Shown here: one piece after another, positions 14,701 to 27,370 of the stretch
How positions within the stretch are numbered: position 1 is the stretch's first letter
Layout: each line of letters starts with the position of its first letter
Assembly: GCA_002633005.1 (NCBI GenBank)
Contig: NMRA01000081.1
Span: 251,625 to 315,624 of the forward strand
Source: Phoronis australis
Taxonomy: Eukaryota; Animalia; Phoronida
Length of the DNA stretch: 64,000 nucleotides
Direction: 5' to 3'
Notes under the pieces: model-generated
Told to the model about the DNA's origin: nothing
Databases searched by the model: none
The model's input: only the letters and a program-made list of their open reading frames with translations
Translations under genes and position numbers: made by a program

Positions 14701-17700
14701 CATCATGTTTCAAATTGTAACATGATGTTTCAAATTGTAACATCATGTTTCAAATTTGAGTGCAGCCCACCTGAGCTGGCTATTTACTCACACTAATTGT
14801 GCGTCTAAGCACTATGTTGTTCCTGGTTCTTTTGTTATTCTTTTTCCTTTGAGGAATGATGAGACTTGTTGAGGAATTGTGTGACTCGTTATTTTATCTA
14901 ATTAATTAGCTGTATGTTGTAACAGTGTGAATGACTGCTTGTCACTAATCAGCATCGTCCGCATGCTTTAACTACTGCATGTTAACGTGTTCTATAGGCT
15001 GATTACAACGCTCACCTTTCCCCACATACGTCAGACAGTACCAAACTGCACATTTCCACTTGCATAAAAAAGCAAACATGTAAGCACCTCGGTGTTCAGT
15101 GCTGTCTCATGTCCATACGTCCACCGTACATCAATAAAAACAAAGCTATTTAGGAACAGTTAATCCACCATAGTTGTGACTCACCATTATCATGGTGTTG
15201 GGAGTGGGAGTTCAATTCACAGTGTAACTGTTTTCAATTACTACTTGTTTCAGCACCGTCCACCAATTACCACTAGTGGCAGACACTCAGGAATTTTAAG
15301 GGCTCATTATTTTTTATTAGGTTATTCAATAATGGAGACTTAAACTACTTTAGTCAATGTTATTCCTGTCTTCTGATGTCCTTTAGTTCACAGACAAGCT
15401 AACTGGTAACATTTATTGTCCGTGATGACAACTTGACGAGGACCATCTTCACCTCAGGCAACATGTACATTGTAGTCAGCTGATTTCCAGGACCAGCTGC
15501 TTAATATGTGAGCACATGACTGTGGGGTACAAACACTGGGGCAAGTGGGATGTTTTATGAGAGACTGGCAGTTATCGCACAATATATGTTAGATTCACCA
15601 TTTACTCAATTTCTGACATAAGGAAAAAAATCGTTAACAAAACTGAGTTTTTTAATTTTTGGCCTACTGTTACAAACTTTTTTGAAATTTTAATTCTCAA
15701 AAGCAATCATTTTATAAATGATAAAGCCACAGAAATTTCCTGTTTGTTTCTAGACCTATAACATCACGTGGATGTTTAGTGGTGACGTGTCATGGCAGTA
15801 GATCATGCAGTTTGGACCTAGAAATAAGAATAGACATGCCGTCACACAGAGTCCAAAATGTCATAATGACATCAAAATGACATCATGCTAAACATTCCAA
15901 TTGTATTAGTTGGCCCTCAGTTGGAGACCAAAAGAAACTACAGTTGTTTGGCCTTATTCACAATGCAAGCTAAATTTGTTTGGCCTCATTCGTTATGCTT
16001 CCACATTACACTTTGATTCACAATAATTGCTTGGATAACACTTAACACCAGCCAAGCTGCTAACAACGCTAGCAGAAAACCAAACAATGATGCTTCCACT
16101 GTAGTGATGGTGATGGGTACGGCTCCGATGCAAGTTTAGATGTCTCGGACTTCCTGAAGAAACATGCTGGTAATGAGGATGACGAGGAGGAAGAGGGTCT
16201 GGGAACAGGTGTAAAAACGAGTGTCAACTTGAGGTAACCTTCCGTCAGGCGTGGTTTGTTCGATGTTTATGCTAGCTTTCTGCATGTGTCTGCTTGTTCT
16301 TCGCATGGCTTGAATGGGGGCTGCATGGTTTGACTTCACACTGTGTTGGGGTTTTTTGACAAATTTGATTGATTTGGTCGTCTTGAAATTTAGTTTATTA
16401 CAGTGTTGACGTTCTTCAAGTACATAATCGTGTTTTTTGTGTGAGAAATGCATTAAATAGTGCTAGGATGCCAATGAAATTACACATTATGATTGTGGTG
16501 TTTGGTTCGTAAAATGTTGGGTGCTGGTTTTGGTTTTGTGTGGCTTTCCTAACACAATGAAACAGAATGAAGCATCACAATTTATATTTTTTTATGCACG
16601 TTTGGTTTTGGTTTCTTGAAGCATGATTTGAAAATTTCAATTTTTGTAGATTGTTTGGTTTTGGTTTCTTGAAGCACGATTTGAAAATTTCAATTTTTGT
16701 AGATCATCTCTTGTGCATGGTTGTTGATAAGTTTCAGTGGTCACTCCTTTACTACAATCTCAACAGTTTCCTCCAGTAAAAAAGCGTAAACATAAAGAAA
16801 CAACTGATATAAGTCATGCCATCAAATAGGCTCAACAGAACTGTCATGCTTTTAACCCATTAATCAGTCCTGTATACTTAGCATGGCATGTCAAATTCAT
16901 TACCTTCTTTCAGAGAAAAGCATGCCAGCCAAGGGGAATACTCTGACGAAAGCGGTAAGAATCGGACACGATGTTTTAAGCTTTTTGATTGGCTAACTGA
17001 TACGCCGTAACAACAGTTTCAAGAAAACCTTGCGACCGCAATGTTAAATACCATGTTACGTCTACTAATGCAAGTGAATGTTACAACACCCAAGTTGCTA
17101 ATTGGCTGTTGGTTAATTTATGAATGAATTAATTAATATGACATGTTTTTGTGCGGCAACACTAACTCGTGTTTTTTGATTACTAAAGAGGTTTTTACCT
17201 TGATTAGGCTTGTTAAACTTCCAATTGCCTTCCAAGGAATTTTGCTGTTTGTTTGGCTTCATTGATAGTCAGAACTGACCATGGTGTAATGTGTTAGTTA
17301 TCTTCAAATATTGCTCAATAGCATTTTTATAAACTAGCCATATGTTTTTCACGAGGTTTTTGTTTGAGTAAGTTTTAACGATACACGTCAGAATCTCCAT
17401 AGCATGATTGGCATGAGAACTGACAGCTTGTCAAATTAATGATTGGCATGTTCTAATTAATAACTGACATTGAGAAGGCTACATAGCCTGTGTATGAGAT
17501 GTGTTCGTTTAATTATTTGTAGATTATATGAAAAATATTCCCATGCTTTTTTGAAATCGCGTTCCCAATTCCTTTTGCCAGTACAGTGTGGTAAATTCTT
17601 CTGTGGGAAATAATTTTCCTGTTTTGGCAGATTAAGCATTATTTCTGTTGTTATGTTGTTGGTCTTACTCGTACAAAGTGCACGGTTACTAGTTTTTTCA

Positions 17701-18560
17701 TTACTAATATTGGTTGTATTTTTGTTCTTGGCACTGAGTCTTTTAATGAGAGGTTGTGGAAGTTTTGTCTATTTTCAGTGTGGTGCCTTATTTAGACGTT
17801 CAATGTGATGGTAGTGTAAAAAAATATGTTTGTCTGCTGGGCTGAATGTGTAGAGACACCTAGTGGAAGCTAAAGAAACCATTCATTTTTACTCAATGTG
17901 TAATTAATTGTTGAGCATAGCCTAACAAAGTATGTTGATAGCTGCAAGGAATCTTTATTTGGTGTGATAACTGTGTTGTATGAGCAGTATATAGTGTCAA
18001 CTTGTTTATAATTTACATGGCAGAAGAATTGCTGATCTGTTGGTTTTCATCAGAATGTCTTATTGTCAATTCTAACAGCATGTTGTTGACTGCATACAAT
18101 GACTCTCCATCACTATACTTGGCTTCTTTCAACAAGGAAATTACCTGTATTATCCCTAGCAACTTGTAATGACATTGTGTGCATTTACAGAGGAAGAATC
18201 GGCCGCCTAGACAGTTGGTTGTCCAATAATTCCGAAGTTCAAGACCCATTGACTACTGACTTGACCTCCCTCCACAATGATGCAAACAGTAGGGAAGTGT
18301 ATACAGATGACGATGTGTCGGCGTTTACTCCACCAGCAGATATAACACCGTCGATAGACACGCCGGGGTCTTGTGAGCTAACGCCAGTCAGTGTTCGGTC
18401 GGAACTGTTCATGACTCACTTAGAGGCTCGGGTTGAGGGGAGTCCTCGTCGTGTGGACTCACCCAGTGGTCACTTCACATTTGACCTGCCACCGAGGACC
18501 TCATCACCTCTCTCACCCAAAACGGTCAAACATGTTTACGAGGATGGCAAGTTTGTGTAG
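2749..18560 (+). CDS. MYO18A: Unconventional myosin-XVIII (MYO18A-like), 3' portion: end of motor, IQ, coiled-coil tail, C-terminus; 5' exons lie upstream of the window
   Basis: GT-AG exons that join in frame: 2749-2877 ([18 protein letters not shown]...[11 protein letters not shown]), 3487-3630 ([27 protein letters not shown]), 4852-4941, 6514-6633 ([19 protein letters not shown]), 7406-7520, 8164-8297, 8559-8713, 9495-9618, 10057-10254 ([18 protein letters not shown]), 10527-10637 (AKLRLEM), 11176-11427, 11698-11928, 12251-12472, 12857-13042, 13560-13693 ([18 protein letters not shown]), 16105-16233, 18191-18560 (LDSWLS...HVYEDGKFV*). The motifs match what I recall of MYO18A. The last two exons are less certain. 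Confidence 0.93.
10221..10435 (+). repeat. 102-bp tandem duplication (~2.1 copies) spanning a MYO18 exon 3' end and 5' splice site
   Basis: GGCTGGGCAGATACAGATGCTGGAGCAG|GTAAGGACTGGTG occurs at 10227 and 10329. Confidence 0.92.
14551..14756. repeat. Minisatellite, 20-bp unit x ~10 (intronic)
   Basis: CAAATTGTAACAT(G/C)ATGTTT repeated; each unit contains the near-palindrome AACAT-N-ATGTT. Confidence 0.95.
16600..16704. repeat. Short tandem duplication (~53 bp x2)
   Basis: GTTTGGTTTTGGTTTCTTGAAGCA(T/C)GATTTGAAAATTTCAATTTTTGTAGAT occurs twice in succession. Confidence 0.85.
16914..16954 (+). CDS. MYO18A: Candidate 41-nt alternative cassette exon of MYO18; inclusion gives a short C-terminus ending at TAG 18208-18210
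   Basis: Acceptor taccttctttcag|AG and donor CG|gtaaga. Continues the phase-2 frame as (R)[13 protein letters not shown], then reads the terminal exon in another frame as EEESAA*. Many (T)GCATG motifs flank it. Confidence 0.6.
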
Positions 18561-20215
18561 CCTCTGGTTACCATGAGACGAGCTTCGTTTTTGCCATACT
18601 CCACTGTCACAGTTAACTTATGCTTGATTGTTTTATTTGAGATATTCGTGTATTTCACATTAGTGCATTATTGTTAGCTTTTACCAAAACATTCATCAGG
18701 TTGTTCTTTAGGAATGCCTCAGCATGGTATCTGATTGCTTGAACTTTCAACTCAAGGTTTTGCTGGGATTTCATTTGTACTGCAGCCTCATAGTGGTCCA
18801 TATTGGATACATAGTGTCAAGTGATACCTACTGAAGAGATTTTATTGCTTTATTGAAAAACAACGTCGTTTTTGAAGTATTAATTTGTGATTCAATAATT
18901 ACAGCTAACTGCTGGTAATACAACTATTTTTGTGGGTCATTAATGAAGTACTGGGTTGTTACATGGTTTGGTTGTTCTGTAAATAGATGTTGAAATGTAG
19001 AGTTGATCAAATGTAGATGAATCCAGTTTTAAAGTCAATCATGCTTTGAAAGTGTTGTGTAATTCTATTTATTAAGACCACTGCAAGTCGTGTTCTATGT
19101 TTTTGTCGACTTGAAAGGTGTATTGTGCTTTTGTAATGTGGAATTGGTGGTAATGTGTATGGTGGCTTACACTTTAATAACAAGGCTTTTAGTGTCACTG
19201 ATAACATTAAACAGTAGTTGATGAAAGGCTTTTGAATCTTAATTAAAGTTACACGTGTCAAGTTGTAGACAATTGAAGGTATTTCTAAGTTGGTAGGCAC
19301 CTTACGGATATCAGTGAATATTGCAGACATGGTTCAGAAAGTGGTGCAGGGGTCCCCTGTCCCTCTATTGCATTTGGTTTACTTGGTTATAATGCTTTAG
19401 GTTATAGATTGTCCTGCCCCCAGTATGATCTTGGATCTGTGCCCATACTGAATGAAATGATTCCATTAATGTTACCGTTAACTTGGTATGTGTCTCTTTA
19501 ATAGCATTTTATCAGACAACATGTATTGAAATTGCTTTTAAGTCTTTGGTGTGATTCATGTGTTTCCCTCTCTGTATGTGTGCGACAGAGTTACCAGGTC
19601 ATGTAATTCTGAACTGTAGGTCTCGAGGGCAGATTTTTTTTACAGCAATATACAATATAAACTTGTGTTTGCTAGTCGCGGCTTTACTGTGTGCCGGTTG
19701 TCATTATCCAAAATTCTAAAATGGTAAATATATCATTGAAATTCATAATTGAGGTCGTTTTACTTTTCACAGCCATGGTGCTGTAGTTAGGTTACTTAAC
19801 TTGGTACTGATCAGTAGTGAGTTATTGGTTCTTCTCAAGACCAACGGTTATGCATAAAGCACAATTGGTTCTGGTCTCTACTCGGACTCATTTGGGACCT
19901 GCACGCATCTACTCCATTTCAACCAAAGTCTCGCATATATTTTGGAACAGCTGCTCAACTAAATTCAGGTAAGCAAAGTTTGAAAGGCCCCGATTTCCCA
20001 AGCTATGAGTAAAAAAAACATCTCATTTTACTGGTCGCAGTGGGTTATCTTTTTTGAGAAGGTGACCAACTAGAAAGATACCCACTGCTAACTCGATTTT
20101 CGAAATAAACGGACCAAAACGAACTATGATATTTTGGCCGTTGGCGCTATATATAGTATTCATAAACAAATCCTCGTAGCGGCGCTACGACCAAGACAAA
20201 GAACGTACACTATTG

Positions 20216-20286
20216 CTCGCTGGTTCCCATTGTGCCGCTTGGTGGCAGCCAGCACGTGCTGACTGAGCACGCTGGGAACCAGCGAG
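20216..20286. mobile_element. Tiny hairpin MITE-like element
   Basis: 14-bp perfect inverted repeats CTCGCTGGTTCCCA ... TGGGAACCAGCGAG. Confidence 0.5.
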
Positions 20287-21480
20287 ACACTACTGAGCCG
20301 CACTATGGCTTCGATGGGCTCTGCCGTATAGAAGATTAGTGGATGACTGGCTTCAGAAATAACGGATTTTTCATTGTTATTGTTAGTCGTTTATTTGTCT
20401 CTCTGGTTCATGGACTTACAGTAGATAAGAAATACAAAATAGTCCGCATCCAGTTCTCGTGTTGATTTCTTGCGAAATTTGACTTCCCAAATCATTGAGA
20501 TTTTTTCACTTTGACGGCTTCCATCCTTTTTTGATTTTCACTTAAGCATTCCTGACGGACTTGTGAAGTACTGAATTGTATTATAACGCCAACTCAATCG
20601 GGTATCCAACTATGCTTCAACTGACTCGTTTGGTATCGCTTGAAAAAACTTGTCGGGTAGCAAATTTCTTAGAAAGTTGTTTTTGTGACTTCAGAATGGC
20701 AAAGTTACAAGAGACAGCTTATCTAACACATCTTGGAATTTTCTGTTGTTTGTTCGATCGATGGAGACGTTTTCATAAAGGGATTAATGTCCGAACAGTA
20801 AGTGAGGGTATATTTATGTGTTCAGTCGTTCGGCAGTTACACGATTTACCAGTCGCCCTAACAACTGAACGATGTTTTGTGGCAAGTCCAAACAAAAGTT
20901 GCAACATTTAGAACAAATCGTATCGGTTCGTAATTTTCATAAGGCTGCTCGCTGTGCATGAGTCTGTTTATGCCGAGTTTAACGCAAACCACTGTCAAAC
21001 ACAAAGATATGTGCAAACGCTCTACATACAGACACATCACTAAGATCAAGATCTCTTTTACAAGGGTTATGCAAACCCTACAAATCAGTTTATGATGTGA
21101 CCTCAGACGCACGACCGTAGACCCCCAGGTGACAGATGTCTCAACTTATGGTCGAACAGCGGCTAATTACGCCAATATATCAAACGGCCCGTAGCTCACA
21201 GAAGTCGGCATAAGTACTCTGAACGAACCACTAAATCTAATGTTGAGGTCGCATGCAATTAACATACACGGTCAGAGTCTCACATGGACGTCAACCAACT
21301 GGTTAGGTGTACACGTAACTCCTGCTGCATTTGTCAAAGCGCCTCGTGAAGGCAAAATCACAGTCGTGCATCACTCGAGCAGAGATGTAGTGGTGAGCCG
21401 AAGACAGATGGTGACTAATGATATTTACCAATTTGATTAGGGGTGTTGGGCACAGGGGCGTTACTCTGATTGAACGGATA

Positions 21481-21691
21481 CATGGGCGGCGCAGCACTGA
21501 AAAAAAGTGGGGGCTAAAGCCCCCGCAGCCCCCCCTGTGGTGCACCGCCTATATACCATGTGCGGCGTAGCACTGAAAAAAGTGGGGGGCTAAAGCCCCT
21601 CAGTCCCCCCGTGGTGCACCGCCTATAGACCATGTGCGGCGTAGCACTGAAAAAGTAGGGGGCTTTAGCCCCCTATGGTGCGCCGCCCATG
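21481..21691. mobile_element. GC-rich MITE with 13-bp terminal inverted repeats and 3 internal ~70-bp subrepeats (copy 1)
   Basis: Ends CATGGGCGGCGCA...TGCGCCGCCCATG. Internal unit CATG(G/T)GCGGCG(C/T)AGCACTGAAAAAAGTGGGGGCTAAAGCCCC. Same family at 26623 and ~58460. Confidence 0.8.
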
Positions 21692-21799
21692 CATTAGATA
21701 CTTTGGGAATGAAACTGGGCTCGCTATTATCGGCGATTTGAAAAGATTATTCTCGGCAAATGCTGTGTGGACAGTAAGTAAACACGATAGTTAAAAACC

Positions 21800-22196
21800 G
21801 GGGCCCGGTCTCTAATCTTTGTACTCGAAACGAACTCGAAACTATTTTTGGCAATTTCTCTGCTCCTTTTGTGCGAACTTAAGATAATTGGCTATCAGAC
21901 TGTGCTCGAATACATTAAAGTTTATGCATAGGAGTTTCTAGTTCAAGTTTGCCCTTGAAGACCCTTATATTCGTGCTAAAAACTCGAGTAAAAACTCGAA
22001 ATTTCGAGTTCAAACTCGAACTTATTGCTTTAATATTGGGTTTACAAACTGTGAACTAAGGGCAATAAATTATCTACGTAAGTTATTGTGTACTCGAGCA
22101 TAGAATAATAGACACTTATCTTGAGTTCGCCCAAAAGTAGAGTAGAAAATGCCAAACCTAATTTCGAGTTCCATTTCGAGTAAAAAGATTGGAGAC
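21800..22196. mobile_element. Non-autonomous DNA transposon/MITE (possibly PIF/Harbinger-like); right end cut by the N at 22197
   Basis: Starts GGGGCCCGGTCTCTAATCTTTGTACTCGAAACGAACTCGAAA; ends with an imperfect reverse complement, TTTCGAGTTCCATTTCGAGTAAAAAGATTGGAGAC; many internal CTCGAA/TTCGAG motifs. Confidence 0.65.
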
Positions 22197-22376
22197 NCTT
22201 TGCAGCTGCACTTTCATTTATTTTGCCTGTCCTCATGCAATTTACATTCAATATGTGTGCACAGCAGAGACTTTATGGTTCCGAAACATACAACGAATGA
22301 TGTGCAGCGTATTTTATGATAAAAAAAGTTAAAAGTGTTAAAAAGGCGCTCAAGATTGAGCTTATACTTCTGTCCG

Positions 22377-24810
22377 TCAGTCGTATAATCTGGCATAGGT
22401 GTTCTCGTCTTCACAAGCACTACAACACATCAAATGCCGCCATCGTGAGGCGAAACTTTGCGCCTGCAAAGAGGAAGTAGCACAGACCTTGACCACGGAA
22501 CGATTCCGTCTGAATCGTGATTTCAAACGCTTGAAAAGTCCTTCGCGTTTTACAATATTTGACTGATCCGTAAAATCACCGATAATTCTGTGGGTGTCCT
22601 CTGAATCAGAAACGGCATCGAGAGGCACATCCACAAACGTCTTGTCGTCTTCTGAAGAAATGCCATCAATTATGTATGGCTTCTTGCTGATTTGCAATCT
22701 TGTTTTTTTACTTTTGCCGTTGTATTCAGTGTCCATTGAATAATCCCCACCGGCAAAACAAAAATCATACTGAGGCAACGTTGCAAAAGGAGACGATCTG
22801 CAGTCCTCTAGGCGAACATCCTCAACCTCTCCTGGCTCGATGTTAGCTTGAAGGTATGTGGTATTAATTTCATCATTACTGATTACGGGCATATCAATAT
22901 TCGTTGGAAAATGCACCGTCACAAAAGAAATGTGACTGTGAGGCCAGGTGGTGGCACTAGAAGGTTTAACATCGTCCAGTGCCAGTGACATGTCTTCACA
23001 CTTGCTGGGCAGACCACTGCTCTGAAATTTTATTTTGTCCTTCTCAACAGTTTCATCTATTAACATGTACTCTAAAGGATTTACAGTATGAGAAGAAATG
23101 GCATCTTGGGGCAACTTAGCGAAGCTGTGCAAATTTGCATCTTCTGGGCTTATACCTTCGACGCTGCCTGATTTGCTGCACAGAGTCTCAGATATTGATC
23201 GTCGTGAGTCCTGTGCAAAAGTTTCCCCAATCGCAGAGAAAATTGTAGGCTCGGTAGAATCACTGAAATCTATCAGTGTGATGTCGTCCAAGTGGCGACT
23301 TCCAGCGGATATACTTTCAGATTTCAGGACTTTCTCCTTACTATCAGCATTGTCAGCGAATACTTGACGAGTGTATGACTTCCTGTCGAACATCTTCAAC
23401 GTAGCCTGGCTTGTTTATGCCATCCAGTTTACCGGCTTCTTTCTCTACAGTATCAATCATACATGTAGAGCTACGGCGGATGACATCTGAAGCAGCTATT
23501 TCAACAGAGAAAAAAGTTTCACCGCTAGGCAACCCATGGATATCACAATCTTCTGCGTCCGCAGGAATTTCCTCAATATTTCGTATTTCGATGCAATTTT
23601 CTTTCTCGGGTGTAATAATAGGGATTTGACTTGCCTGTAACTCTGGCAGCTCAGTCTTTCCATGGACATTTTTCTTCAGCAATTCATACTTGTCTGTGGC
23701 AATGTGGTAAACTTCCTCAGAAACTCTAGACTCGGTCGAATTGCTGGCGTCTTCAAAGTGATGACCTTCAATGCTTTTACTTTTAGATTTCAAGACTTTC
23801 TTCATGCCATCAGGGAAGCAAGCGATATCTGACGGTTGCATGACTTCCTTTCGAACACTGTCAACGTCAATCAGTTTGTTTCTGTCATCCAATTTCGTGA
23901 TTTCTCCCCCTCTACCATCAGGGTTACCAATTGGCGCTTTTGTTGAATTTGGGAGGTCCGTCTTTTGTTTTGATGGTCATTAGTCTTCCAAATCCCATCT
24001 TTCTTGGTAGAAATGGGGCACACTTCCTCCGAAACTGTAGACCCAGTTGTCTTAGTAAAATCAGACAGTATGGCGTCTTCTGAGTGGTCATTTTGAACGG
24101 GTTTGCTTTCGTATTTCAGGACTTTTTCCTCACTATAAGCCTCATCAGCAAACCCAGTGATACTTGACGGCTGAATTTGACGTCCTGTTGAACATCTTCG
24201 ACGTCGCCTGGTTTGTTTCTACCGTTCAATTGCATGACTTCTCTCCCTTCAACACCAGGGTCATCAGTAGGATCATTTTGTTCATTTGTTAGATCCATAC
24301 TTTCATGGACATTCTGTTTTACCTTCTCGCCTTTCTCTGTGGAATCGCGGGACATTTCCTCCGAAGAGTTTCTTTCACGTTTTGCGTCTTCTTTGTAGAT
24401 GCTTGTTGAGTTTCCAACTTCGCACTCGACTTCACATTCGGTGACATGCCCACCAAGGTCCGTTGATTTGCGGAAAGTGTTTTCATTTGTGCGGCGTGAT
24501 GCTATCACAAGAAGACAACACAACACAAATCCGTTACGCACCTGACAAAAGATTCCATTAATTTAGTGTCAGCTTCTGTTTTGTGAACAGTTTTGGACGC
24601 GTCAGATGTGTCTCCTGACCACTCGTCATTCACTGCCGTGGTTCCAGAGGCGTCTTTGTTGCCAAAAGACACAATGCGTGAGAATTTCCTCGTGACAAGG
24701 TAAACTTTCTCGGTCGTTCTCAGCATAATTCGCAAAACAAAGTGGATAAACCATAATATTGTAACTTTTATAAAATTTCGAATGACACTGTGAGCCATTC
24801 CCGGCTTCAT
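22377..24810 (-). pseudogene. Intronless, multiply frameshifted ORF for an acidic, disordered protein with 3 imperfect internal repeats; function unknown
   Basis: Overlapping ORFs 24505-25074 (Met at 24810), 24116-24541, 23353-23892 and 22377-23399 lie in different frames. They share the repeat NKPG.VEDV.Q.V...EKVLKS.S, and there are no splice sites at the frame changes. Confidence 0.55.
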
Positions 24811-26622
24811 TTTACAGAATTTGTAAAGTGAATACGTCACGAATAGTTCGACGTCACCAATTGTACACGTCAAATGCCAACAACCAGAAATTTCCGAAAA
24901 TATAGACTCACCGCAAACCAAGTACGTCCATTGACGTATTTTCAGAAAAATTTCAAAAAAGTACAACCATGTGCGTATTTTCGGTACGGTTAACATGTCT
25001 TGAAAATCGGACGGACTCGTTTTATCATCCGTATGTAATGTGTTTTGAAGTAAAGATTTATTTTGGTGAGGCATTATATTTTGGGTCTCGCGATTTCACT
25101 CAAATGACTATCATTTATTGAGATATTTGTTGATTTTGCTGGTAACTAAGATTATGAAGGACAATTCTAACAAACTGTGTTTGCCTAATCAGAAATAAGT
25201 ATGGAAGAATAAAATTCTTACCAGTGAGATACAATTACATACATTAAAAAGAACGTGTTTCTTTAAAAATTCACTAATATGTCCGAAAATACGGCTGACT
25301 GGCTACATAATCGTTTTCCTTTGACGTTGTGCCATTGGCCTGTTTTCGTACACAGTCTGACCATTTTGTTGCGATTTCATATTGCGATTCTTTTGAACTA
25401 ACACGAGTTGGTTTGTAAGGGTGACTATTTGTCTGGTGTGAAGTGCACGTGCGATATTTTAGAGTGCAAACCACAGTGACAAATTTTCTCTCCCTCGGTA
25501 TTTTGAAAAATCATTTACGAAATCTCTGCCGAACGTGAATTTTGCTGGTTTGCCTTAGTTTTCGTGGTTCCATGAAGAAAAGGAAAAATACAACGTCTTG
25601 TAAGTATTTATCCATTCAGGGAAGTTCATAGTCAAAACAAAGATAAGGCTAATCGGGAGCAGCTCACTAGAGTACGAAAGTGCGCTATTCCGATGGTGCC
25701 CAAGTACAAAGGCGCACTAGTCCTAAGTTGCACTAGTTGGATGGTTTACTAAACAAGCGAAAACTAAGCCATTAAAATGCAATTTTATTTTTGTCGCCAT
25801 TCTACGTCGTCCATTCCCAAAAGCAGTTATGCCAAAAATAATTTCGTTGCATAATGTTTCCTCTTTTACATGTATACCTCATTTCTAAAGGCTGTCATGA
25901 AGTTCCGTCTGCATAAGACTTGGATGTCACATTAAAGTACTGTGCCAGCACAAGTATCGCGGCAGTGCAGTGTCAATTGTAGTCACTTGCGCGGATGAGT
26001 TTGAGTATCACACCTGCCAATCTACGTTACAGGATTTTTAGTTGGATTATATTCGATTTTGCGGCAGAATTGAGTCAAAATGACTCGCCCCGAGACCATA
26101 GCAATCAAGTTGTTGCCAATTCAAAGTTTTGTTCCGAAAGTACGAACGTAACAGAATAAAGACTGTGAACAATGAAAAGTGTCGTGCATTTAACAAATTC
26201 AAAAACAAGAAGTTTTCCTGCTCAACCAAATTTACAGGAACAAATCTCAAAAGGTATCCCACACTCGAATTGCTCCAAAACCACTTCCTTCAAAGGTAAT
26301 AATGACTTAAGGAGAGGTCCCGCGTTTTGAGAAACATTTTTTCCACTGAACTAACGGCAAACTGGTTTTCAAAATCCAAGACCTTCAAATTTGTGACATT
26401 CATGGAGTAAAACACACTTATCCCTTCAATTTCACTTGGCTGGTGGGCAAATTAACAGTAAGAACCAAACTGCAGAGAGGCTTGAGCGGTAATAACAAGG
26501 CTGGCACCAGAGGGATAAACCATGAAATACAAGCAATGAAATTCGGTAAATTAAAACGTTTATTTGTATAAGTAGTGCAAAACAGTCCATGTATATTATC
26601 TGAACAGAAAACTTAGGTTATG

Positions 26623-26777
26623 CATGGGCGGCGCAGCACTGAAAAAATTTGGGGGCTAAAGCCCCCTCAGCCCCCCTGTGGTGCACTGCATATAGACCAT
26701 GTGCGGCGTAGCACTGAAAAAAGTGGGGGGCTATAGCCCCCCCCCCCCACCCAGCCTCCTATGGTGCGCCGCCCATG
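26623..26777. mobile_element. GC-rich MITE, copy 2 (2 subrepeats), same orientation as copy 1
   Basis: Same CATGGGCGGCGCA...TGCGCCGCCCATG termini and same internal unit as 21481-21691. Confidence 0.8.
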
Positions 26778-26957
26778 GGATACTGTGGAAACATTTTTTG
26801 TGAAGGTATGCATTTTCGCCCTGTCGTGTCCGAGTCTTACCCACTGTCAAAGCGACACCTGTCATTAGGAAAACGTGCAGGCCGAGTCTAGGTTGTTTCT
26901 GCTAATATTATAAAGTTGTCATTTTGAATTCAACTCGATATTGTGTTTACGTGCACA

Positions 26958-27370
26958 TTTTATTTATTTATTTATTGTGATGTTTAAAATGAGGGTGGCC
27001 TCTTCAGTGATAGCACTGCTTTCCAAGAGGGCCCTCAACAACAAAAAACAATAATATAATAGAATGAAGTAATAAAACAACAATTAATTATGCGTAAAAA
27101 GATACAATTAAAACAGGTTGAGAATTAAAACAATAAATAAATGACGAAAAATGGTGAAAATATACTAAGAGAGATGAAATAAATAAAGAGATGACAGTGA
27201 GAGTATTTACGATAATGGAAAGAATGACATGATTGAGACAGGTAGGGTAAAACAGGTTAGGTAAATTACAGCCACTTTTTAATATTATGTTTGAAGATAT
27301 CAATTGAATCGGACCGTTTAATTTCTGGGCTAAGAGTGCAGTATTTACCATGCGGCTGGCTAGACTCATT
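26958..27370 (-). mobile_element. 5'-truncated LINE (CR1/L2-like) 3' end
   Basis: Minus-strand peptide ...LSPEIKRSDSIDIFKHNIKKWL* resembles a LINE ORF2 C-terminus. It is followed by a 3'UTR stem-loop (GAGGGCCCTCTTGGAAAGCAGTGCTATCACTGAAGAGGCCACCCTC) and an (AATA)n tail near 26958-26977. Confidence 0.6.

Noticed and set aside
14551-14756. 20-bp semi-palindromic repeat array
   Set aside because: No spacers; simple minisatellite with one variable base.
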